A stretch of 64,000 nt of DNA from an uncultured Nitrososphaerota archaeon (lineage in GTDB: Archaea; Thermoproteota; Nitrososphaeria; Nitrososphaerales; Gagatemarchaeaceae), in assembly GCA_963838925.1 (NCBI GenBank), contig CAWISW010000002.1:224001-288000 (forward strand). The letters run 5' to 3'. The notes under the pieces are model-generated. The model was not told the origin of the DNA. It saw only the letters and a program-made list of their open reading frames with translations, and did no database searches. The position numbers and the translations under genes are program-made. Of this stretch, positions 25,801-34,707 are shown one piece after another (the stretch's first letter is position 1; each line of letters begins with the position of its first letter).

Positions 25801-26618
25801 GTGCCCGCCCCAGACGCGAAGATGTTCGCTCAGCTCGCGAAGACCCAGTACCTTTCCAAGGGGGTGAGCCTCCCGCCGAGCTGGGACTCGGGGCTCGAGG
25901 ACGACGTCAACGGCAAGACCCCGGAGTTCGGCCCCGGGTCCCGAAGCCCACGAACCTGTTCATGCCGCCCAGCCCCAAGAAGATAGCGGTCGACGCGGCC
26001 AACGCGATAAGCGACGGCTTCAACGGGTTCATCGACGACGTCGCTGCGGCGGTCTGCGGCGCCTGGGCGAACTGGCAGAGCTCGGTGAAGTTCGTGGGCG
26101 TCATCATCAACGGTCCGATCGGGATCCTTCCCCCCGCGGGGATGATAGGAGGGGGGATGATGGCCACGCCCATGATAATGTCTCAGTTCAACCAAAAGTC
26201 CGCGAACTACACTCTCTACGGGAGCGCCGTTGCGTTCGCGATAGGCCAGGCGTGGACCGCGTGGGAGCTGGGGTACACCAACCCCGCCATCCCGTTCCCT
26301 GGCGGCGCAGCGGCCTCTGCCACGATGCCTCCCTCTCCCAACACCCCCGTCCCGCTCGCCTCGGGAGTCTCTCCCGGGGACGCGCTGATGCAAGGAGCGG
26401 CCCTGAAGGGATTGATGATGAGTCAGGTCGCCCCTCCGGGCCTGCACGACGACGAGCTCTTCGACTCCATAGCCCAGGCCTTCGCCCAGGTCTTCCTCAC
26501 GTGGAAGGGCACGTCGATGATAAGCAACATAATGGGCGCGGGGGGCGTCGCTCCTCCTCCGCCCGCGCCTCCAGGGCCCGTTGCCGGTGCCATAGGCAGC
26601 GGCGGGGCCGTGCAGTAG
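25801..26618 (+). CDS. PAAR-adjacent hypothetical protein, split by a frameshift near 25936-25938
   Basis: Adding one G to GGG 25936-25938 joins ORFs 25801-25986 and 25962-26618 (…PEFGPGVPKPTNLFMPP…). Confidence 0.6.
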
Positions 26619-26620
26619 AT

Positions 26621-27403
26621 CTAGCTCGCGGGGCTTGCCGACGCGTCCGAAGTTGCCCGCGGCGCCGGAGCCGGGTTCGGCTGGACAGCCCCGCAGTTGA
26701 AGCAGAAGATCGCGTTCGAGGCGATGGTCTCCTTGCAGTTCACGCAGTCCTTGGTGTCCGACCCGCTGAACGCCTCCACTGGGACGCCGCAGTTGGGGCA
26801 GAACTTCCCTGAGAGCGGCATCGAGTACTGGCAGTTCATGCAGAACTTCGTCGGGCCGATTATCCCCGATCCTGCCTTGGGCATCGTCACCGCCAGGAGT
26901 AGCGTCATCTTTCCTTCAGACCCCCTGAGGCTCTTGAACCGCCCGCGGACGATGTAGTTCACCTCGAAGTCGTTCGGAATTCCCTGCGGCCCCGTCCTCA
27001 CGAACTTCGTCACGTCCACGCTCTCTTTCTTGATGGCGCGCAGCTTCTCCGGGTCGGCCGGAAGGTCCTTGATGGGGACGATGTCTCCGTTGATCCTGAT
27101 TGGCTTGACTGGGTCGAGGTAGGCGTTCTTGTTCTTGGTTAGGTCGAGGAAGAACGACATGCTGACCCTCTGAGGCCCGTCGTACGTCATGACGACCGTC
27201 TTGCGAGCGGGAGGGGAACCGATGTCCTCCGCGTTCCAGACGTACTTGGTATAGTCGGCATTTGGTAAGGGCTCACCGCTCTTTGGCGGGGGCGCGGCTC
27301 CGACAATCTTTCGAAGGCCCTCCCAGAAGATCACGAATATGCTCACGACGACGCCGAGCAAGATTACGAGGAGTATCGCCCACTCGCCCGTCGCTATGGC
27401 CAT
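26621..27403 (-). CDS. Membrane-anchored double zinc-ribbon protein
   Basis: N-terminal TM; four CxxC motifs (CMNC, CPNC, CVNC, CFNC). Confidence 0.75.
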   Translation of the reverse strand: MAIATGEWAILLVILLGVVVSIFVIFWEGLRKIVGAAPPPKSGEPLPNADYTKYVWNAEDIGSPPARKTVVMTYDGPQRVSMSFFLDLTKNKNAYLDPVKPIRINGDIVPIKDLPADPEKLRAIKKESVDVTKFVRTGPQGIPNDFEVNYIVRGRFKSLRGSEGKMTLLLAVTMPKAGSGIIGPTKFCMNCQYSMPLSGKFCPNCGVPVEAFSGSDTKDCVNCKETIASNAIFCFNCGAVQPNPAPAPRATSDASASPAS

Positions 27404-27448
27404 CTATCTCGTCAAACTCCCCGAAATTCTATTTAAGAATTGCAAATC

Positions 27449-28417
27449 TCACAACCCCGTGTACCCCAGAAGGAGAAGGAACCCGAGTATCACAGCCCCG
27501 ATGAACGGGACTAGTATCGCGCCCTTCGTGTTCAACCTCTTGGCGCGCTCAAAGTCCTTGTTCTCGACCTGCCTCGCGAGGATGATCGTGACGCCTATGC
27601 TGTAGAGGAATAGGGCGTACACCGTTATCATCATCTTGTCAGCGATGGTGAGGTAGTTCACGGGGGGGATCTGCCCCAGAAGGGAGAGGTTGAACTCGAC
27701 CGCCGCAATCAGGGTGGTCACCCCGATCAGGATCCTCTCGAACGACCTTGTGGGAGGGAGGAAGAATGCAAGGAGCGATATCAGGGTGATCAGGACGATG
27801 GGGAACACGTTCGCCATGAACGACTGGACGCCGGGCCTCCCAATCGTGACGGTGAAGGTCAGCCGCGAAAAGGTCTGGCTCGAGGAATACGCGTGGGGCG
27901 CCGCCTGTATGCTCGACCCGAGCAGGTTCCACCCCACGACGCTCAGCGAAGGGTCCAATCCGCTCGCAGCAGTGTCGGGGACGAAGGTCAGTTGGCTGGA
28001 GGGCATGTTCCTGCTCTCCACCTGTATGCTGAGGCTGTGGTTCTCGAAGGGGAAATTGGAGAAGTCAAGGCCGGTCGTGAATGTCCCCACTATCCTGTAC
28101 TCTTGATACGAGCTGGTGTTGGCGTCGACCGTGACCGAGGTCGCCTGCCCGTTGACGAGCTCGTACTGGACGGTCTGAGGGCTCCCAGTCGAGTTGAACC
28201 AGAGGTAAAAGTCCGCCCCGAACGTCCCCGAGTTCAGGTTGATCTGCTGGACGTCAAGGAGCAGGATCCCCGCGGTCACGGTCGGGTCGGATTGGGCAGT
28301 GAACTGGGGCTGAGCGCGGACCTGGTTCCGGGATGCGAGCGACGAGCCCGCGACGACGAGGATGGCGAGAATCGCCAGGACAAACACGACCCCCGCCCGT
28401 CCCCCCGTCCCCCTCAT
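27449..28417 (-). CDS. Pentameric ligand-gated ion channel (GLIC/ELIC-like)
   Basis: Signal peptide, beta-rich ECD with Pro-loop FSNFPFE, M1 Pro (VFPIVL), M2 ERILIGVTTLIAAVEFN, M2-M3 PPVNYLT, four TMs. Confidence 0.88.
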   Translation of the reverse strand: MRGTGGRAGVVFVLAILAILVVAGSSLASRNQVRAQPQFTAQSDPTVTAGILLLDVQQINLNSGTFGADFYLWFNSTGSPQTVQYELVNGQATSVTVDANTSSYQEYRIVGTFTTGLDFSNFPFENHSLSIQVESRNMPSSQLTFVPDTAASGLDPSLSVVGWNLLGSSIQAAPHAYSSSQTFSRLTFTVTIGRPGVQSFMANVFPIVLITLISLLAFFLPPTRSFERILIGVTTLIAAVEFNLSLLGQIPPVNYLTIADKMMITVYALFLYSIGVTIILARQVENKDFERAKRLNTKGAILVPFIGAVILGFLLLLGYTGL

Positions 28418-28519
28418 GACGACCCCTTTGCGGTTTGGAGTTTAAGAGAGTTACCACAGTGGTCTCTCTATATCACGGGGCAATCAGTTTATCAGCAGTC
28501 GCCGACGAAGCGCCCTCCA

Positions 28520-29074
28520 ATGTCCGGCCGCAAGCCCGTCAACTTCATCGCGGACGACGCGGAGCTTGGGAAGAACGTCAAGGTGTGGCATTTCGCCTAC
28601 GTGGGCTCTAAGACCAAGTTGGGGGACAACGTCTCGATCGGCTCGCTGGCGCACGTCGACTACAACGTGAGGATCGGGGCCAACACCAGGATCGAGGGCT
28701 CGGTCTACATCCCCCCGCTCACCCGGATTGGAAAGGGCGTCTTCATAGGGCCAGCGGCTGTCATCACCAACGACCCGTACCCGATGAGCAAGCGGATGGT
28801 CGGCGTGACCATCGAGGACGGCGCGGTCATCGGCGGGGGCTCAGTCATCAAGGCAGGAGTCGCCGTCGGGAAGAACAGCGTCGTGGCTATGGGAGCTGTC
28901 GTCACGAAGGACGTCCCCCCGGGCGTGGTCGTCCTAGGAGCCCCCGCGAGAGTCGTCTACACCAGGAAGGAATACGACGCTAAGAAGGTGGCCTGGGAGT
29001 CTGGAAAGCCTTCAGGTACAACCGCGACATCGCAAACATCGCGAACACCAAGAACGCGCCCAGGCCTAAGGTGA
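28520..29074 (+). CDS. Hexapeptide-repeat (LbH) sugar N-acetyltransferase
   Basis: VWHFAYVG, IGKGVFIGP, TNDPYP, GAVVTKDVP; true start ATG 28520. Confidence 0.85.
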   Translation: MSGRKPVNFIADDAELGKNVKVWHFAYVGSKTKLGDNVSIGSLAHVDYNVRIGANTRIEGSVYIPPLTRIGKGVFIGPAAVITNDPYPMSKRMVGVTIEDGAVIGGGSVIKAGVAVGKNSVVAMGAVVTKDVPPGVVVLGAPARVVYTRKEYDAKKVAWESGKPSGTTATSQTSRTPRTRPGLR

Positions 29075-29258
29075 GGATTATCTTCGCGACGGATGAGGGC
29101 ACGTCTCCCGCGTGCAGTTCAGGTCCCAGAGGCCTGACTATCGCAAAGAACACATACGTCTCTCCGAGTATCAAGACCCAAGATGCGGCCACGATCAGCA
29201 GCATCCCGACGAGGCTGGCCCTGCTCCTGTTCTCGTCCGAGCTCCTCATAGCAACCAC
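28980..29258 (-). CDS. Small 2-TM membrane protein
   Basis: Two hydrophobic helices; overlaps the end of the upstream GT gene. Confidence 0.5.
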   Translation of the reverse strand: MVAMRSSDENRSRASLVGMLLIVAASWVLILGETYVFFAIVRPLGPELHAGDVPSSVAKIILTLGLGAFLVFAMFAMSRLYLKAFQTPRPPS

Positions 29259-30346
29259 GTCATCACCGATGTGACCACGCAGAGAGCGGCCGCGAAAGCG
29301 GCTATCGTGAGAATCCTATTGACGAGCGTCCGTTCGTTCAGGGGTCCGCCGACGAGCATCAGCCGCACCAAGGTTATCGGGGCCCGGGGCTCGGTAGAGG
29401 CGTAAATCTTCATGTCGTCGCCGAGGTAGGTCGGCCTCGCAGCCATCTTCTTCCTCTCCACAAGCCCCCTTACGCTCGAGAGGATGTAGTACGAGTTCAA
29501 CACGGCGGGAATGAGCGCCACCAGCGCAGCAATTTCCACCCCGCAGAGGATGGACAAGATGACATACATGGCGCCGAAGGATAGGCTCCCGCTGTCCCCA
29601 TCGAATATCTTGGAGGGATACCTGTTGAAGTAATAGAACGAGGCCGAGACGGCCAACAAAGGCAGCGCGACCGCGATGGTCCCGGCAGACGTGTCGGGCA
29701 GAGCGGAGGACCTGAGCACTACCGAGACCACGAGGGCCGCAGAGACTATCATTGTGAAGCCCGATATCTCGCCATTGAAGGCGTCTAGCATGTTGAATGC
29801 GTTTGAGGAGACGGGGATCGAGGCGACCACGATCAGCGCGAAGATGATGTAGTGAGTGCCTGTCTGCGTGAAGAGTGGGAAGTAAAGTATTGGCTCGTAG
29901 ACCCCTGGATAGAAGTGCTCCGCGAGCACGACGAAGAGGCCCACGCCGGCCAGCAGCGCCGGCTTGACAACCCCGCCGAGCCCGTGCAGGTCATCGTAGA
30001 GCCCTATGAGCCCTGCGCTCAGAACAACTACGATGAGCACTGGGGGGAGGAGGGTGTCGTAGAACACCCAGGCCACCACCTCCCCCACGACCATCGCCGC
30101 GATGATGAGAGGGCCGGCCGGGGTGGGCACCTTTGCGTCCCCTCGCTTGTGGACGTCGTTGGCCGTCCTGCCCCTGGAGACCAAGAACCTCATGTATGGA
30201 GGCATTAGCAGGAACATCACCCCCGCCGGTAGGGCGATTGCAAGAGCGAGCGGGACGATATCGCCTGCGGAAGGAAGCAACGCAGTCGCCGCTCCCCAAG
30301 CGAACCTTAAAACCTTCGATGCCGCAGTCGGTGTTAAGGGTTCCAA
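29246..30346 (-). CDS. aglH: UDP-GlcNAc:dolichyl-phosphate GlcNAc-1-P transferase (MraY/GPT family)
   Basis: DVHK..VP..AG, GLYDD, NAFNMLD.FNG, FNRYPSKIFDGDSG. Confidence 0.8.
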   Translation of the reverse strand: MEPLTPTAASKVLRFAWGAATALLPSAGDIVPLALAIALPAGVMFLLMPPYMRFLVSRGRTANDVHKRGDAKVPTPAGPLIIAAMVVGEVVAWVFYDTLLPPVLIVVVLSAGLIGLYDDLHGLGGVVKPALLAGVGLFVVLAEHFYPGVYEPILYFPLFTQTGTHYIIFALIVVASIPVSSNAFNMLDAFNGEISGFTMIVSAALVVSVVLRSSALPDTSAGTIAVALPLLAVSASFYYFNRYPSKIFDGDSGSLSFGAMYVILSILCGVEIAALVALIPAVLNSYYILSSVRGLVERKKMAARPTYLGDDMKIYASTEPRAPITLVRLMLVGGPLNERTLVNRILTIAAFAAALCVVTSVMTWLL

Positions 30347-30394
30347 TCAAGGATAAATATCTCTCGCGCATGGGTAGGACGCGACTAGCCTAAG

Positions 30395-30682
30395 ATGAAC
30401 ATCAAAGATCTCAGGGACGGAATGAGGACGGTAGAGGCGGAAGGAGAGATAATTGACATCTCGACCCCAAGGGAAGTCTCTCTGCGCACCGGCGGTAACG
30501 CCAAGGTCGCTGACGCCACCCTGAAGGACGAGACGGGGACTATCAAGCTCTCGCTGTGGGACAACCAGATCGACCAGGTGTCGAAGGGCGCCAAAGTGAA
30601 GGTCACTAACGGGTACATCAACAACTTCAGGGGAGAACGGCAGCTGAACGTGGGTAGGTACGGCAAGCTCGAGATCCTCTAG
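30395..30682 (+). CDS. ssb: Single-OB-fold ssDNA-binding protein
   Basis: IKDLRDG, LKDETGTIKLSLW, NGYINNFRGERQLNVGRYG. Confidence 0.85.
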   Translation: MNIKDLRDGMRTVEAEGEIIDISTPREVSLRTGGNAKVADATLKDETGTIKLSLWDNQIDQVSKGAKVKVTNGYINNFRGERQLNVGRYGKLEIL

Positions 30683-30727
30683 GCCTTCGTACCTCTCCAA
30701 CAGGATTATACGAGACTCCTCCGCTCG

Positions 30728-31279
30728 GTGGAGGAGGACATGGGAAGGACAGGAAAGGCCTACAGGAGGATACGCGCCAACTTCACCGACAGGCCCACCC
30801 TGTTCACTTGGGTGAGGGGCTCTAGCCTCGCCGCCTCAGGCAGACCCTACTCGAAGAGCCAAGTGGACTGGCTCCGCGACAACGGCGTCAACGTGATACT
30901 CAGCCTGACGGAGGAGCCCCTTCCAAGCGGCTGGACATCGGGCATGGAGACGAGGCACATCTCCATGAAGGACCACGCCCCCGTGAGCCACGCAGACATG
31001 CAGCAGGGCGCGGACTACATCGCAACGTCCCTCTCTGAGGGAAAGGTCGTCCTGGTCCACTGCCTAGCCGGCAAGGGGAGGACGGGTAGCGTCCTCGCAG
31101 CGTACATGATGACCTACGAAGGGAAGACCGCCCGTCAGGCGCTCGACGAGCTCCGCGCCAAGCGCAGGGGGTCAGTGGAGTCGCCTCAGGAGCGGAACGT
31201 CCTAGAGTTCGAAGGAGTCGCGCTCAAAGAATGGTCAAAAGGCCGACGCCGAGAAACCACAACCCGAACGCCCCCATGA
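30728..31279 (+). CDS. Dual-specificity protein phosphatase
   Basis: VHCLAGKGRT CX5R loop. Confidence 0.88.
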   Translation: MEEDMGRTGKAYRRIRANFTDRPTLFTWVRGSSLAASGRPYSKSQVDWLRDNGVNVILSLTEEPLPSGWTSGMETRHISMKDHAPVSHADMQQGADYIATSLSEGKVVLVHCLAGKGRTGSVLAAYMMTYEGKTARQALDELRAKRRGSVESPQERNVLEFEGVALKEWSKGRRRETTTRTPP

Positions 31280-31850
31280 TGGCCGCAGAGGCGTAGGCTA
31301 TCAACGGCGAGAGCCTCTCGTACCTCCTCACGCTCGCGTGGACCGTCCAGGTGAGGACCACGGTCCATGAGACGATCCCTATGAAGAACCCCGCTGCGAT
31401 GCTCCCGCCGAACTCGGCGACCATCCCCGCCCCGATGGCAATCCACCACCCCAGCTGGTAAGGGTTTGTCAGGCCCATAGTCAGGCCAAGGAGAAAGGGG
31501 TGCCTCCGGATCGGGGACGACGACCAGCGGTCAGGTCGCTGTGAGGATGAGAGCGCACGTCTACGCCTTGTCCCCCTGAGGATGGAAGCCGCGAGGTACA
31601 GCATCAGCAAGCCCCCGAGGATGAACAGAAAGTCCCTTTCACCAGGCGTGACGAGCCTCGCCACCCCGAAGTAGGTCAGCATGAAGAAAACACCGTCGGA
31701 GACCGTCGCCCCGAGCATCACGAGCCAGCCCGAGAGCCACGATCGCGAGACGACCTGTTGCGCCGCAAATGCCGTGACCGGGCCTGGTGGCGCCGCAATC
31801 GAGAACCCGAGCGCCACGCCGCTCAAGAAGACCTGGAGGGCGTCAGGCAA
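31224..31850 (-). CDS. LysE-family translocator
   Basis: GFSIAAPPGP, LGATVSD, GLTMGLTNPYQLGWW. Confidence 0.88.
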   Translation of the reverse strand: MPDALQVFLSGVALGFSIAAPPGPVTAFAAQQVVSRSWLSGWLVMLGATVSDGVFFMLTYFGVARLVTPGERDFLFILGGLLMLYLAASILRGTRRRRALSSSQRPDRWSSSPIRRHPFLLGLTMGLTNPYQLGWWIAIGAGMVAEFGGSIAAGFFIGIVSWTVVLTWTVHASVRRYERLSPLIAYASAAIMGAFGLWFLGVGLLTIL

Positions 31851-32004
31851 TCGAGCACACGCAAGCAGCCATTCGCCTAAAAGCCTTGGCTGGGGCCGGA
31901 ACGGACGGTGCCGACGCTGTCGTGAGAATCGGCATTAACATAGCTGCAACAGGTTCATGGAGATGCGTATGACTTAAATCGCCGAGACAACATTGGGAGG
32001 TGCC

Positions 32005-32124
32005 ATGACCCTAGAAGATAAGGTAAGATACGGCATGGTGGCACTCGGCGGCGCATCCATCGTCTTCGCGACGCTGGGCGTGCACATCTCCCCGCTCGAC
32101 ACTATCGGCGGCTGGGGAATCTAG
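32005..32124 (+). CDS. 39-aa hydrophobic peptide MTLEDKVRYGMVALGGASIVFATLGVHISPLDTIGGWGI (absent from ORF track)
   Basis: SD GGAGGTG just upstream of ATG, TTAAAT box ~31974, downstream hairpin. Confidence 0.7.
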   Translation: MTLEDKVRYGMVALGGASIVFATLGVHISPLDTIGGWGI

Positions 32125-32133
32125 AGACTGGAA

Positions 32134-32162
32134 AGAGAAGGGGCGACGAAAGGCCCTTCTCT
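32134..32162. terminator. Hairpin between convergent genes
   Basis: AGAGAAGGG (32134-32142) pairs with CCCTTCTCT (32154-32162). Confidence 0.45.
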
Positions 32163-33312
32163 ACTGTCCTCTTTTTACCTGCATGAGCAGCTGCTCGAAC
32201 TTGCCGAGCACCTCTGCCTGGTTGAACGTCCACGCCTTGGACTCGTTGTCGTAGAGCCTCGGCTCAAGCCCGAACGCGCGTGTGTGCTTCTGGTCCGCCA
32301 TGAACCAGCGCGCCCTGTCCTTCAGCGGGTAGAGCACTCTCCCTAGGAACTCCATCGCCTCAGATATCGTCTCGGTGGGGAACGCGAGCTGCGCGTAGTA
32401 GCTGCTCCTGCCCGACGCCTCCCACCAAAGGAAGGGGAGCGCGTTGGTGAGCCCCATCACGGTCGCCTTCTCGCCGGGGGAGATGTCCTTGATTATGACG
32501 TCTATCGGCTGGTAGGTGTGCCTCCTGTGCTTGCCCGCGTCGCTCTGGGGGTTGTACGCGGTGCCAATCCAGTTCACCTTGTGCCCCTTCAGCATCTGCC
32601 GCCCGAGGACGTGCTTCCTGTGGTGGAAGCTCAGCGTCTTGTAGTTGATCCCGGTCTCCTTCTGAATCTCCGAGAGCGGCTTCGTCTCGTCCCTCTGCAG
32701 CCGCCTGATTATCTCGAGGTCGATCTTGTCGACCTGTGCCTTTGCGGAAGGAGCCTGCAGCGCCTCCGGGTACACCTTCGCGGGAGTCGACCACTCGAAC
32801 TCCCACTGCCCCGCCTCGAAGTCATAGAAGTCCGACTTCATGGGGGCGTTCCTGGCCCAGTCGTACGTGGAGAACTCCAGCGACGAGAAGAGCCCCTCGT
32901 CGCCCAGGCGGCGCATCGTCTCGATCCACTGGCCGACCGACTCGACCGGCACCGCCCCGTGCACGATGTAGTGCCCCTCTGGCAGCGTCTTGACGAACGC
33001 CTGGACGTAGCAGAGCTGGCTCATGGCGATGAGGATCGCCTCTGCCTGGCTCTCGAACTCTTTGGAAAAGTCGACGACCGCGACGACGCGCGCCAGCCCC
33101 AGCTTCTCAAAGTTCACCGAGGGCTGGATCACGATGCCCTGCTTGAGGAGCTTCTTGAACCAATAGCGCACCGACTCCTTGTGCTCTCCCATCCTCTTCG
33201 CGATCGCCGGGATGTCGGGGCCGACCTCGTTCACAAGCTTCACGAACTCTGCAATTTTTGCATTGATATCCCTCGGCCTCTTGATATGCTCCATGGCAGG
33301 TTCGGACACCAA
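32161..33312 (-). CDS. Tandem Lrp/AsnC-like (double HTH) transcriptional regulator
   Basis: N-terminal HTH IPAIAKRMGEHKESVRYW, VNFEKLGL; second HTH DKIDLEIIRRLQRD..LSEIQKETGINYKTLSFH; start approximated from TATA spacing. Confidence 0.7.
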   Translation of the reverse strand: MVSEPAMEHIKRPRDINAKIAEFVKLVNEVGPDIPAIAKRMGEHKESVRYWFKKLLKQGIVIQPSVNFEKLGLARVVAVVDFSKEFESQAEAILIAMSQLCYVQAFVKTLPEGHYIVHGAVPVESVGQWIETMRRLGDEGLFSSLEFSTYDWARNAPMKSDFYDFEAGQWEFEWSTPAKVYPEALQAPSAKAQVDKIDLEIIRRLQRDETKPLSEIQKETGINYKTLSFHHRKHVLGRQMLKGHKVNWIGTAYNPQSDAGKHRRHTYQPIDVIIKDISPGEKATVMGLTNALPFLWWEASGRSSYYAQLAFPTETISEAMEFLGRVLYPLKDRARWFMADQKHTRAFGLEPRLYDNESKAWTFNQAEVLGKFEQLLMQVKRGQ

Positions 33313-33463
33313 GTCGTCTTGTTCCATGAGAGATTGGTATTTAATCTTGTGTGAATTCGCAGTTAGTCTCAATAGATACAATAGTCTATAGAGCCTCAGA
33401 AAACCCCCGGTTTCTTCACGTCTATATGGCTCGAAACGGGTCTGGGACGTAGGCGGGATCGCA

Positions 33464-34048
33464 GTGAAGATCGGCCGGTTCTCCAACTTGACGCTCGTCC
33501 TCGTCTCCTGCTTCTCGCTCGGCATCCTTCTGATGCTGGAGCTCGTCCCGCGGCCTTATTTCTTCGGGTTGGGCTCCCTCGCCGACCTCTTCGGATTCAT
33601 CGCCCTCGGGCTCATCGTCGCGACCGGTGCGCTCATGCTCTTCAAGAGGCCCCTGACCGCATGGATGGGGAGCCCTGAGAGGCTCTGGCGCCTCCACGTG
33701 GTGGTCGCCGGGGTCGGAGGGGCGTTCCTGGGACTGCACGTCGTCCTCTTCCTCTCTTTCCCCCTCTCCCTGCCGGTGCTCCTGGGGTACGCGGCCACCG
33801 GGGCAGCCCTCTTTGTGTGGATCACGGGGGCGATCTACTTCCAGGGCGTCAGGAACTCGATGTTCTACCACGGGCTTCTCACTATAGGGGGAATCTTCCT
33901 GATGGTCGTGCACACCTTCGGGGCTGGGAGGAACATCCCGGTGGAGCTCTCGGGCATCAGCCTGGCGGCGACCGCGATCGTCGTGCTTGCCGTCGTCAGC
34001 TGGCGGCTCGCGAAGGCTTGGAAGGACGAGGGGACTTTTCCTGCATGA
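33464..34048 (+). CDS. Membrane protein with paired His (ferric-reductase/cytochrome b-like)
   Basis: Six TMs; WRLH...LGLH and FYH...VVH. Confidence 0.5.
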   Translation: MKIGRFSNLTLVLVSCFSLGILLMLELVPRPYFFGLGSLADLFGFIALGLIVATGALMLFKRPLTAWMGSPERLWRLHVVVAGVGGAFLGLHVVLFLSFPLSLPVLLGYAATGAALFVWITGAIYFQGVRNSMFYHGLLTIGGIFLMVVHTFGAGRNIPVELSGISLAATAIVVLAVVSWRLAKAWKDEGTFPA

Positions 34049-34532
34049 CCCTGCTGACCTTGGGGCTCTTCAGGTCGACGTCCATCTCCCAGGTGCGCTT
34101 CCAGCCCAGCTGTGCGTAGACCTTCCTTCCCACCAACGAAGCGTGCAGGAGCATCTTCCGATATCCGTGCTTCTTCGCCCACGCCATCGTCTCCAGCATG
34201 ACCATGCTCGCGAGCCCCTTCCTCCTGAACTTGGGGTCGGTGTATACCGACATGACGTAAGGGACCAGAGCTGCGGGACGGCCTCTGGAGGGCTGCTGCT
34301 CCCGCAGCCACACGCATCCGCTCGCCGCGACCCTTCCGCCGCTGGTCTCGACGATGTAGCCGTGGAAGAGCTTCTTCTTCATCATCTCCTTCGCCCATTC
34401 CGGGTAGGCCTTCACCGCGACCGCGCTCTCCTCAGGGGTCAGCGGCGCGTACGCCTCGAACATCGCGTTCCTGTGCTTTACCAGGACGTCCATGTCCTTC
34501 AACCTGGCTCTCCGGATCTTGAAGCTTGGCAA
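33996..34532 (-). CDS. GNAT N-acetyltransferase
   Basis: VYTDPKFRRKGLA, LHAS..GRKVYAQLGW. Confidence 0.9.
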   Translation of the reverse strand: MPSFKIRRARLKDMDVLVKHRNAMFEAYAPLTPEESAVAVKAYPEWAKEMMKKKLFHGYIVETSGGRVAASGCVWLREQQPSRGRPAALVPYVMSVYTDPKFRRKGLASMVMLETMAWAKKHGYRKMLLHASLVGRKVYAQLGWKRTWEMDVDLKSPKVSRVMQEKSPRPSKPSRAAS

Positions 34533-34707
34533 GCCCTGGCTCGGCCATGCCGGCCTTGGGACTTATCCTTTGGTGGTCAAGGCTCGGCGCATCAAAGGCA
34601 AGGGGAGCCACCTATTGGCGCCGACCCGGTGCGGCCCCCAAGTGGACATATATGTGCATAAATGCATATTAGCGAGCATACCGCTGCCATGAACGCGAGC
34701 AACATGG

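Larger units (their letters stand above)
4552..26618 (+). other. Capsid-less contractile injection system (eCIS/tailocin-like) gene cluster
   Basis: Co-oriented sheath, tube, chaperones, hub, gp25, baseplate J/I, spike and PAAR genes; no capsid, portal, terminase or integrase; flanked by ordinary chromosomal genes. Confidence 0.88.

Noticed and set aside
4552-26618. Intact prophage/provirus
   Set aside because: No capsid, portal, terminase, integrase, replication genes or att-like repeats seen; flanks are ordinary chromosomal genes
4552-26618. Canonical T6SS
   Set aside because: Single-chain sheath and no recognisable TssJLM, TssK or ClpV
28980-29074. 3' overlaps of convergent genes (also 31224-31279 and 33996-34048)
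   Set aside because: Common in compact archaeal genomes; no evidence of special function
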